The position numbers were made by a program, and so were the translations under genes. Below the pieces are notes generated by a model. It ran no database searches. It worked only from the letters and a program-made list of their open reading frames with translations, and had not been told where the DNA came from. Positions 19,127-26,604 of a stretch of 36,349 bases of DNA are shown here, in pieces; position 1 is the first letter of the stretch; the number at the start of each line of letters is the position of its first letter. Source of the stretch: Anaerolineae bacterium (lineage in GTDB: Bacteria; Chloroflexota; Anaerolineae; B4-G1; DUEL01); assembly GCA_034434635.1 (NCBI GenBank), contig DAOTYX010000130.1, forward strand, positions 1 through 36,349, in the 5' to 3' direction.

Positions 19127-19771
19127 CTATCTCCCCAGAATGTGCAGCAGGCTTTGCAGGCCTTCCAGAATGACGTAGGCCCGGCCGACAAGAACAGAGA
19201 GGCTGGCCGTCAGCGCAGCGGCGAAGGCAGCGCCGAAGGCCACCATCAAGAAGAAGCGGCCCACTGCGCCCAAGACGTTGACCACTTTGGCCGCGACTCC
19301 CTGCAGGCCCTGCCGCCGTCGAAGGGTGAAAGTGAAGGCCAGCAGCGTGCAGACCGTGCCGAGGGCCACCAGGAATCCACCACTTCCTCCGCTGGCGCTG
19401 GCCTGGGGCAGGATGGTGCCCAGCAGCGCTCCTCCCATCGCCACTGCTGCGCCCACGCCGATGAGGAACGCGGTGGCAAAATTGCCCAGGTTGGCCAGAC
19501 GGGGCACGAACTTGAACAGCAGGAACAGGCCCAGCAGCGTGGGCAGGATGAGGGTGTACTGTTGCTGCGGCGTGCCGCTCTGGAACAACGGGACCACGGC
19601 GCGGATCAGCACGGTCGCGACGACGACCGCGACGGCGTAGCCCACGCTGGCGCCCACAAGGAGATGCAGCGCCAGGCGGTAGAGCGGGTTGTCCCTGAGA
19701 AAATAACTCAGGATGAGCACCGTCAGCAAGGCCCCCACGATGCCACCGAGCAGGTCCAATGTTTCCATCAT
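19127..19771 (-). CDS. Polytopic membrane protein (214 aa), unknown function.
   Basis: The ATG ATG at 19771 is preceded by AGGAG and overlaps the upstream gene's TGA (ATGA). 5-6 predicted transmembrane helices. The long N-terminal extension in the ORF track (to 20047) is rejected. Confidence 0.6.
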   Translation of the reverse strand: MMETLDLLGGIVGALLTVLILSYFLRDNPLYRLALHLLVGASVGYAVAVVVATVLIRAVVPLFQSGTPQQQYTLILPTLLGLFLLFKFVPRLANLGNFATAFLIGVGAAVAMGGALLGTILPQASASGGSGGFLVALGTVCTLLAFTFTLRRRQGLQGVAAKVVNVLGAVGRFFLMVAFGAAFAAALTASLSVLVGRAYVILEGLQSLLHILGR

Positions 19772-21945
19772 CGGCTCCTGCCTCTGAGCAAGAAGACCAC
19801 TGCACCGACGATCATCAGTGCTGCGACGACCCCCTGGGTGAGGGTGAGCGACCGCAGGTAGAGCACCACCCGGCCGCTGCTGCTGCCCAGCCGCGCCTCG
19901 TAGGCTGCCGCTCCGGTCAATCCAGTGACCATCCCCCGTAGCGGGGTGCCCGCGCGCAGGTACGGCCGGGCGACCGGTTCGGAGCGGGCACTGATGCCGG
20001 CCAGAAGGGGTCGGCTGGGACTGCGGGCTGCCATCTGCTCCACCCACGCCTGGAGGTCGCCCTGTTGTCCGGCCAACACCACCACCAGGGCGGCGCTTGT
20101 CGCCGCCGGGCTGTCCAGCGCGTCACGGACACCCAGCGTCTGCCCCGGCCAGTAACCCAGGTTGGCCACCTGTGCAGTGCGCTGGGCCGTGGTGATCAGG
20201 CCGGTGGCCTCCAGATCGGCGAGGAGCCGGTTGGCCAGCGTCGTCCCCTCCGGGCGGGTGCTGACGATGGTCACCTGCGCGCCGCGCTGCAGGAGGTGGT
20301 GCAGTACCGGCTCTGCCACCCGATCCATCTCATCTGCCTCGCCGGGATCGTACTCGAAGGCCACCAGGACGGAGGTGCCGGCTCCAACCGTGGCTTCGAT
20401 CTGGTCGAAGACCTGTGACGCTTCGGCAGCCGGCCCGACGACGGCTTGCGGCGCGGGCTGATCGGGCAAGGAGATGCCGAACATCGGGAGGATGACAGCG
20501 GCCAGGAGCAGCAGGCCGATGAAGGCGTGCTGGAGCGACCAGCCGACCTGAGGGCGCGGGCGTTCGGCCTTTCGAGGCGGAGTTGTCGGGCGGGTGAGCA
20601 GTTCCTGCAACAGTTCGGCGCGGGCGATGCTGGCCGCGCTGGCAGCGACAGGAGCGCCCTTCGCGACCGCCCTGGGTATCCTCTCGGCCAGTGGGCTGGC
20701 CGGGAGCGTCCCGCGCAGCCCTTCGAGCAGCCCGGTGGCCTCTGCTGGCTCCTCGGTAGCAGGAGGGGCCTCAGGCGTCGGGCGAAGGGCCTGCATCCAC
20801 TCGGGGATCTCTGCCGGAGCCAACGCCTCCCGTTCTGGACGGGCGGCAGGAGGTGGGGCAGGCAGGCCTTCCTCCTTTGGCCTCAGTTCGAGCAGCCAGG
20901 AGGGGATCTCCCCGGGCTCGATGGGTCCCAACGGCTCCTCTGTCGTGAAGACGGGCGGCGTGGGTTCTGGTCTCTCCCTGGCCTCCGCCTCCATCCTTGC
21001 CAGTCCTGCCTCCATCTCTGTCAGCCAGGGGGGGACCGTGACCTCTTTCGCGGGCGGGGGTGCGGATGGCACGGGCGGGGATGGGGTCTCTATCTGGCGC
21101 AGCCAGTCGGGGATGTCGGTCGGCGCGGCAGCGGGAGCCGCTGTCTCCGGGCCGCGCAACCAATCGGGCACCTCTCCCTCAAACACGAACGGGGAGGGCC
21201 CGGCAGGGGTTGTCGGCTCGCCGGTCTCCTGCAGTTCACGCAACCAGTCCGGCACGCCAGCCTCTTCGGCGGGGGCAGAGGGCTTCGGCGGTGCAGCGCG
21301 GACTTCGGCTTCGCCTGACGGGGGAGCCGGTTCGGCCGGCGCAGCCGGCCTGCCGGTCCCCTGAAGGTCGCGCAGCCAATCAGGGATTTCCACTTCCTCC
21401 AGCGGCGGGGTTGGGGGAACGGGAGCAGCGGGTGGTGGTGGCGCTCCCGCGCGCAACTCACGCAACCAGTCGGGGAGGTCGCTCTCTGCGGCTGGGGCGG
21501 GGGGAGGAGGCGGAGGCGGCTGTTCATCCGCGGGTGCCAGTAACCCACCAAGCCAGTCGGGGACTGAGGTGGGCTCGGCCTCTTCGGGCGAGGGGGTTGA
21601 AGGCGTGGTGGCCTTCTCTTCGCCCATCGTGGAGCGCAGGTCACTCAACCAATCGGGCTCGGCGGCAGGGGAAGGCCCCCCTTCCTCGAGGGGAATGGTG
21701 GGCAGGGAAAGGCTCCGCAGGGACGGCCTGGTTGGCGAGGTTTCACCCTCCTCATGCTCATCCGCTGGTGCGGCCGAGAGCGGCGTGAGGCGGGCGCCGC
21801 ACCGATCACAGAAGACATTGGCGGTGATGTTCACCGCCCCGCACATCGGGCAACGTAGCCCTGTCTGTGGCAGAGTTGCGCCGCACTCCCGGCAGAAACG
21901 GCTCCCCTCGGGGTTGTCGGCTCCACACTTCGGGCAAGAGATCAT
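19768..21945 (-). CDS. Double zinc-ribbon membrane protein with a tandem PDWLR(E/D)L repeat region, a transmembrane helix, a roughly 240-aa C-terminal domain and a terminal transmembrane helix.
   Basis: N-terminus CPKCG...CRECG...CPMCG...CDRCG (two CxxC-x(n)-CxxC ribbons). About ten repeats of the type (V/I)PDWLRELQ separated by Pro/Ala-rich spacers. Transmembrane segment HAFIGLLLLAAVILPMFGI, and a final segment VVAALMIVGAVVFLLRGRSR. ATG preceded by GAGGCTGG. Confidence 0.7.
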   Translation of the reverse strand: MISCPKCGADNPEGSRFCRECGATLPQTGLRCPMCGAVNITANVFCDRCGARLTPLSAAPADEHEEGETSPTRPSLRSLSLPTIPLEEGGPSPAAEPDWLSDLRSTMGEEKATTPSTPSPEEAEPTSVPDWLGGLLAPADEQPPPPPPPAPAAESDLPDWLRELRAGAPPPPAAPVPPTPPLEEVEIPDWLRDLQGTGRPAAPAEPAPPSGEAEVRAAPPKPSAPAEEAGVPDWLRELQETGEPTTPAGPSPFVFEGEVPDWLRGPETAAPAAAPTDIPDWLRQIETPSPPVPSAPPPAKEVTVPPWLTEMEAGLARMEAEARERPEPTPPVFTTEEPLGPIEPGEIPSWLLELRPKEEGLPAPPPAARPEREALAPAEIPEWMQALRPTPEAPPATEEPAEATGLLEGLRGTLPASPLAERIPRAVAKGAPVAASAASIARAELLQELLTRPTTPPRKAERPRPQVGWSLQHAFIGLLLLAAVILPMFGISLPDQPAPQAVVGPAAEASQVFDQIEATVGAGTSVLVAFEYDPGEADEMDRVAEPVLHHLLQRGAQVTIVSTRPEGTTLANRLLADLEATGLITTAQRTAQVANLGYWPGQTLGVRDALDSPAATSAALVVVLAGQQGDLQAWVEQMAARSPSRPLLAGISARSEPVARPYLRAGTPLRGMVTGLTGAAAYEARLGSSSGRVVLYLRSLTLTQGVVAALMIVGAVVFLLRGRSR

Positions 21946-21957
21946 CGCCAGCCTCGA

Positions 21958-22602
21958 CTACACGTCGCTGTGGGGGCGGTCCATACCGATAAGGATGCGC
22001 ACACCCATGACCAACGTCCCCAGTCCCACGCCGATCAGCAGCCCACGCATGCCGGGCAGGGCGAGCGTCTCCACCCACCAGGCGCGCAGGTGAGTCAACG
22101 GCACGGCCAGCGGTTCCGGCAGAGGGGCCGTGCCGACGAGCACTACCAGGGCGCTGGCGAGGAAGGGGAGCACCCACAGGTTCCGTCTTCCGCGCACCAG
22201 ACGGAAGGCGGCCAGCGCCAGGGCGAAGGCCACCAGCGCAGCGGCCCCGGCCTGGAGGGGCAGGAGGACGAACCCGAACCACCAGTCACTCAGCCGACGG
22301 AGGAGGTCCAGGTTGACCAGCAAGCCAGCGCCGGTTACGAGCAGGGAGACGAGAGCCGCCAGCAGGAGCGCCAGGCTGTTCAGTCGTGCCCCAAACCCCT
22401 GTTTCCGGCCCGCCAGACGAAGGAAATGCACCTGGAGCACGTTGAGAAAGCCCAGCAGCAGAGCAAAGGCGGCCACGATCGCTGCCCAGCGCACCATCAA
22501 CACCGTCAGTTCCTGATAGGGGGTCAGGTACCCGGTAAGGGTTAGCACGGCGGCGGCGATGGCGATGATCATGGGCAAGATCTGCTTGGTCAGGCGTTCC
22601 AT
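21958..22602 (-). CDS. Polytopic membrane protein (214 aa), unknown function.
   Basis: ATG preceded by GGGGAG immediately after the upstream TAG stop. About six hydrophobic helices. Confidence 0.6.
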   Translation of the reverse strand: MERLTKQILPMIIAIAAAVLTLTGYLTPYQELTVLMVRWAAIVAAFALLLGFLNVLQVHFLRLAGRKQGFGARLNSLALLLAALVSLLVTGAGLLVNLDLLRRLSDWWFGFVLLPLQAGAAALVAFALALAAFRLVRGRRNLWVLPFLASALVVLVGTAPLPEPLAVPLTHLRAWWVETLALPGMRGLLIGVGLGTLVMGVRILIGMDRPHSDV

Positions 22603-22611
22603 CGGGCTCCC

Positions 22612-23382
22612 CTAGAAAAGACGAACCCCCAAGGCGGCCAGGATGAGGAGTGCTACCAGCAGGAAACGCAGCACGTCCTGTGTGCTCAGGCTGGCCAGGT
22701 ATTCTGGTCGGGCCGTCAGTCTGGCGCCGGCGGCGTAGAGCTCTTCCCCGATGGCCAGCGTCGCATCGGTGGGGTAGAGCGCACCGAGAGCGCGCAGTTG
22801 ATCGGTTGCAGCCTCCTGGGTCAGCCCTTTCTTTTCGCCCGCAGCGGCCAGCAACACTGCCTCTTCGGCGAACGCTCCGGCGAGCAGGTTGCCGGTGATC
22901 GGTTCGTGGCTCAGGCTGTCCGCTGCGCCCAGGGCATATACCACGGGCGAGGGGGCGACGAAGCGGACCGAGGTGGGCTGGTAGCGTTCGGGGATGCCGG
23001 CGCGCGCGCAGGCGCGACGCAGGACGTCCTGAGCCAGCGGGAGGAGGGTGGCATCGCCCACGGTAACGACGGGAGGGGTTCCGTAGAGCACCGCGGGTTT
23101 GGCGATGGCCTCGAGGGCCTGCAAACCGGCCAGAGAGGTGATCGTGCGCTCTCCGCCGATGCCCCCGGAGCCCAGAGCCACGTGAAGCGAAGCGCCCTGC
23201 TCGGCGGCAAGTCCCAGTTGTGTGGGCAGCGCGTCGAAGGCGGGGATCGGGCGGACATACGGACGGCGGCCACGGCGGGCGCGCGCGGCCAGGAACACCA
23301 ACAACAGCACGGTGATGACCAGCATCAGGAGGGCTGCCAGCATGCGCCCGCTGAAGGCGGCGTTACCCGTCGGATTGATCAT
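22612..23382 (-). CDS. Membrane-anchored protein (256 aa) with N- and C-terminal transmembrane helices, unknown function.
   Basis: Its ATG overlaps the upstream stop (ATGA). N-terminal transmembrane helix followed by RARRGRR, then a soluble domain and a terminal transmembrane helix. Confidence 0.55.
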   Translation of the reverse strand: MINPTGNAAFSGRMLAALLMLVITVLLLVFLAARARRGRRPYVRPIPAFDALPTQLGLAAEQGASLHVALGSGGIGGERTITSLAGLQALEAIAKPAVLYGTPPVVTVGDATLLPLAQDVLRRACARAGIPERYQPTSVRFVAPSPVVYALGAADSLSHEPITGNLLAGAFAEEAVLLAAAGEKKGLTQEAATDQLRALGALYPTDATLAIGEELYAAGARLTARPEYLASLSTQDVLRFLLVALLILAALGVRLF

Positions 23383-23651
23383 TCCCTGGCTCCTCCCGTG
23401 ACGGTCTCTTCCAGCAATCGGTTGACCTGGGCGGGGTCATCCAGCCACCCGGCCATCTGGCGCAGGGGGCCCTGTCCCATCTGACCGGCCAGGAGCGGCT
23501 CGCCCAGCAGGAGCACCTGACTCGCCAGTGGGCCGAAGGCGCGGGCCAGTTCGAGGAGAGGGAGGAGCACCGGCATCAGTCCCGCTGCCTGCATCCGCTG
23601 TGCCCATATTTCGATAGGCGAAACGGCCTGACCCTCGTTCATCTTACGCAT
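23379..23651 (-). CDS. Small protein (about 90 aa), first gene of the operon. The start is uncertain: ATG 23651, ATG 23642 and GTG 23702 are all possible.
   Basis: The ORF is translationally coupled (ATGA) to the next gene. The promoter -10 TATACT abuts ATG 23651, suggesting a leaderless or near-leaderless mRNA. Confidence 0.4.
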   Translation of the reverse strand: MRKMNEGQAVSPIEIWAQRMQAAGLMPVLLPLLELARAFGPLASQVLLLGEPLLAGQMGQGPLRQMAGWLDDPAQVNRLLEETVTGGARE

Positions 23652-23680
23652 AGTATACAGACAAGTGGCAGTTTTGCCAA
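23652..23680 (-). promoter_or_regulatory. Near-consensus sigma70 promoter (P1) for the 8-gene operon.
   Basis: The minus strand reads TTGGCA, a 17-nt spacer, then TATACT, immediately followed by ATG. Confidence 0.5.
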
Positions 23681-23840
23681 ATGCCGGTAACTGCCTTCCC
23701 ACGCCGACGGAAGTCGCCCGCTTGGGGCCTTCGGCCTGCGGTCAGTGCAGGCCGGCCGCAGGCGCCCAGAAAGGCCGATTTCCAATCGGCACACGGCGGC
23801 AGGCAGCCGGGTGGGTGATGACGTTTTGCCTATGCTGCAT

Positions 23841-23869
23841 AGTATAGCAAACTGGGCCGAAGATGCAAA
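23841..23869 (-). promoter_or_regulatory. Second near-consensus promoter (P2), about 190 bp upstream of P1.
   Basis: The minus strand reads TTTGCA, a 17-nt spacer, then TATACT ATG. The motif gcatagtata recurs in both promoters. Confidence 0.4.
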
Positions 23870-23935
23870 ATGCTGTCTCTGTGACGGCCTCTCATTGAGC
23901 GTTGTTCACGGCACGGAGAGTCGAATGCGGGGAAT

Positions 23936-24010
23936 CTGTCGGCAGATTGAGCAGATTCAGCGGATTCGCAGCGGCATGTATCCGCCCGATCCGCTGAATC
24001 TGCTGGCCCT
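23936..24010. repeat. Copy 2 of the same element, in opposite orientation.
   Basis: gcagattgagcagattcagcggattcg-cagcggcatgtatccgcc-cgatccgctgaatctgctgg. It shares at least 24 identical nt (cagattgagcagattcagcggatt) with the reverse complement of copy 1. It is intergenic, upstream of the operon promoters. Confidence 0.7.
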
Positions 24011-24048
24011 ATACCCCCTCATCGCTTTAGCGGGAGGTCACTCCCGCT

Positions 24049-24945
24049 CTACTCGATGCGGAAGGTCGCCTGGATCTGCCGAAGGAGCGGTGAAAGGCCC
24101 TCCCCTGCCGCCCGCAGCCGCAGCAGGTAGAGCCAGCGGTCATTCCCCTGCACCACCAGCGCCTCCGCCACACCCTGGGGCCAGCGCTCGCTGAAGCGGA
24201 AGCCCCGCGCGGTATTCCACTCCACTGGCTCCACTGCCAGCCGCTCGACTGCTGTGTTGGGTGGCAGGGTGGCTTCCAGGAACATGCTCGCCGTGTCCAG
24301 GTGCAGTGGCTTGGCCGGGCCGGGCGCCCACCACAGTTCCACGGTCTCTTCGTCGCGGCTCCATACCCGCCCGCCGGCAACTTCGTCGCCGCTCTGCTGC
24401 ACCTCCCCGAAGGCCTGGGGGATGGCAAGGCTCACGCCGCTGCGCACCTTGCCGCTCAGGTCGCGCAACGGCAGTGACAAGGGTTGGAACGTCAGCACCC
24501 GCTCACCACGGATCGTCTCCCTGGTCTGGACGAAGACCGTGAGCCACCAGTCTCCTGGTTGGGGGAAAAGGGGCAGGTAGAGAAGGGTCGGAGCCGTGTA
24601 GGTGTCCCCCTCTCCCCGAAGCAGGTCGGAGGACCAGTATTGGTGATGGCGGGGGTCGCTCACCCGCACCCAGACGCGGGCCCCGGGGTCGCGCTGGGCT
24701 AGCCCTGGCAGGTCGGCGGCGATGGGCACGCCCTCCAGTGCCGAGACCGCTGCCGGGAAGTGCAAGGTCAGCGGGATGGGGGGGATGGGGGTGGGGGTCG
24801 GAGTGGGTCGGGGCGTCGCCGTGGGCGCAGGGGGGAGCGTGGGCGAAGGGGGTGCCGTCGCACATCCGGCGCAGACAAGAGCGGTCAGGGCAGCGCAGGC
24901 CAGGAGCCATGGGGAGAGACGGTGGGGAAAGCGGCGCACGCTCAA
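24049..24945 (-). CDS. Putative lipoprotein with a Pro/Thr-rich linker, unknown function.
   Basis: TTG/GTG start overlapping the hflX stop. N-terminus MSVRRFPHRLSPWLLACAALTALVCAGC (signal peptide plus lipobox-like Cys), then a PTPTP linker. Confidence 0.55.
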   Translation of the reverse strand: MSVRRFPHRLSPWLLACAALTALVCAGCATAPPSPTLPPAPTATPRPTPTPTPIPPIPLTLHFPAAVSALEGVPIAADLPGLAQRDPGARVWVRVSDPRHHQYWSSDLLRGEGDTYTAPTLLYLPLFPQPGDWWLTVFVQTRETIRGERVLTFQPLSLPLRDLSGKVRSGVSLAIPQAFGEVQQSGDEVAGGRVWSRDEETVELWWAPGPAKPLHLDTASMFLEATLPPNTAVERLAVEPVEWNTARGFRFSERWPQGVAEALVVQGNDRWLYLLRLRAAGEGLSPLLRQIQATFRIE

Positions 24946-26216
24946 ACCTCCTCTTGCGGCCGGGTCAACAGGCCGATCATCCGGCGCGGCACCCGTCCGA
25001 CGATACGCGTACCCCGTGCGGTATGCGCTTCTCGCTCCACCGCGCCATGCTCATGGATCATCTGCACCAAGTCGCCCCGCTCGAAGGGGAGCAGCACGTC
25101 CACCGGCACCATCTCTTGCTCCAGCACCTCCTCGATGCGGCCCAGCAACAGGGGGATACCGTACCCTTCCAGCGCCGAGATGGCCACGCTGTTGGGGAAG
25201 TCGGTCAGCATGGCGGTAACCGCCTGGGGGTCAGGCAGGCGATCCACCTTGTTGAGCGCCGTCACCACCGGGCGGTCCGTCGCGCCGATCTCTGTCAGCG
25301 TCTCCATTACCGCGCGGGCCTGGCTCCGTGCGTGTGGGTGGGTGATGTCCACGACGTGGAGCAGGAGGTCGGCCTCAGATACCTCCTCCAGCGTGGCGCG
25401 GAAGGCGGCCACGAGTTGGGTGGGGAGTTTCTGGATGAAGCCGACGGTGTCGGTGAAGAGCGCAGCCCGTCCGCCGGGCAGGCGCACGCGGCGGGTGGTG
25501 GGGTCGAGTGTGGCGAAGAGTTTGTCCTCCACCAGGACACCGGCGTCGGAGAGGGTATTGAGCAGGGTGGACTTGCCGGCGTTGGTATAGCCGACGATGG
25601 CGACGACGGGGATGCCCTCACGGCGGCGCCGGGCGCGGTACTGGCTGCGGTGGGCGCGCACCTTCTCCAGTTCCGCTTCCAGGTGGGCGATGCGGCGGCG
25701 GATGACCCTGCGATCGGTTTCCAGTTGGGTTTCACCGGGACCGCGCAGACCCACGCCGCCGGTTGCCCCGCCGGCCCGCCCGCCCGCCTGACGAGCCAGG
25801 TGGGTCCAGGCGCGGGTCAGGCGGGGCAGACGGTAGCGGTACTGCGCCAGTTCCACCTGGAGCGCCCCCTCGCGGGTTTGGGCGTGCTGGGCGAAGATGT
25901 CCAGGATGAGCGCGGTACGGTCGAGCAGTTTGACCCCGTCGCCCAGCGCTTTCTCTATCTCGCGCTGGTGGCGTGGCGACAGTTCGTCGTCGAAGATGAC
26001 CACGTCAGCGGCGGTCTCAGCGACCCGCTCGACCAGTTCCTCGACTTTGCCGGCGCCGATGAAGGTGGCCGGGTGAGGCCGATCCAGCCGCTGTTCGATC
26101 TGTCCGACCACCTCGATGCCGGCGGTGCTGGCCAGTTGGGCCAGTTCCTCCAGCGAGGCCGCCAACGACCAGTCGCCGTCTGGCGAGGCGCTGGCTTCTT
26201 TCAGTTCCACTCCCAC
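24942..26216 (-). CDS. hflX: GTPase HflX.
   Basis: HflX N-domain, then the G-domain G1 GYTNAGKST, G3 DTVGF, and G4 NKVD. About 424 aa. GTG start. Confidence 0.85.
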   Translation of the reverse strand: MGVELKEASASPDGDWSLAASLEELAQLASTAGIEVVGQIEQRLDRPHPATFIGAGKVEELVERVAETAADVVIFDDELSPRHQREIEKALGDGVKLLDRTALILDIFAQHAQTREGALQVELAQYRYRLPRLTRAWTHLARQAGGRAGGATGGVGLRGPGETQLETDRRVIRRRIAHLEAELEKVRAHRSQYRARRRREGIPVVAIVGYTNAGKSTLLNTLSDAGVLVEDKLFATLDPTTRRVRLPGGRAALFTDTVGFIQKLPTQLVAAFRATLEEVSEADLLLHVVDITHPHARSQARAVMETLTEIGATDRPVVTALNKVDRLPDPQAVTAMLTDFPNSVAISALEGYGIPLLLGRIEEVLEQEMVPVDVLLPFERGDLVQMIHEHGAVEREAHTARGTRIVGRVPRRMIGLLTRPQEEV

Positions 26217-26286
26217 CAGGACAGCCCGTTCCTGGGGGAGTGCAGTGGGTGCTGCAGGTCTACCGATCGTTCACCTCCGTGGAGGT

Positions 26287-26604
26287 TTAGCCCCATCTCC
26301 CGCCCCGGTTCGATCTGCGGGGCCCTCCTCCTCTGCTTCCGCCTCTCCTCTCGCCGCCCTCGGTGCGCGGTCGGGCCTCGTTGACCCGCAACTCGCGTCC
26401 CTTCAGAGGCTTTCCGTTCAGGCCGGCGATCGCCGCCTGCGCCTCGGTGTTCGACGGCATCTCCACGAAGCCGAAGCCTCGCGATTCGCCGCTGAACTTG
26501 TCCTTGATGATGGAGACGGAAGCGACCTGCCCATAGGCGGCAAAGGCCTCGCGCAGGTCCGCCTCGGTCACGTTGAACGACAGATTGCCTACGTAGATGT
26601 TCAC
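26287..26604 (-). CDS. RRM-type RNA-binding protein with a Gly/Arg-rich tail.
   Basis: RNP-2 IYVGNL and RNP-1 RGFGFVEM. C-terminus RGGSRGGGPRRSNRGG. The GTG start is preceded by AAGGAG directly after the dinG stop. Confidence 0.85.
   Translation of the reverse strand: MNIYVGNLSFNVTEADLREAFAAYGQVASVSIIKDKFSGESRGFGFVEMPSNTEAQAAIAGLNGKPLKGRELRVNEARPRTEGGERRGGSRGGGPRRSNRGGRWG

Noticed and set aside
19772-20047. 92-codon N-terminal extension of the membrane protein ORF (track start 20047).
   Set aside because: The extension is Arg/Gly/Pro-rich and overlaps the zinc-ribbon gene. The ATG ATG at 19771 has an AGGAG ribosome-binding site and forms an ATGA overlap with the upstream stop.
23745-24194. 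149-aa plus-strand ORF spanning the promoter/repeat intergenic region.
   Set aside because: It is a low-complexity Arg/Pro/Ala-rich product crossing obvious promoter and palindromic repeat sequence, with no ribosome-binding site.
26311-26330. tRNA T-loop-like 'GGTTCGATC' motif.
   Set aside because: It lies inside the RRM protein coding sequence, with no acceptor or anticodon stem context. No cloverleaf can be drawn.
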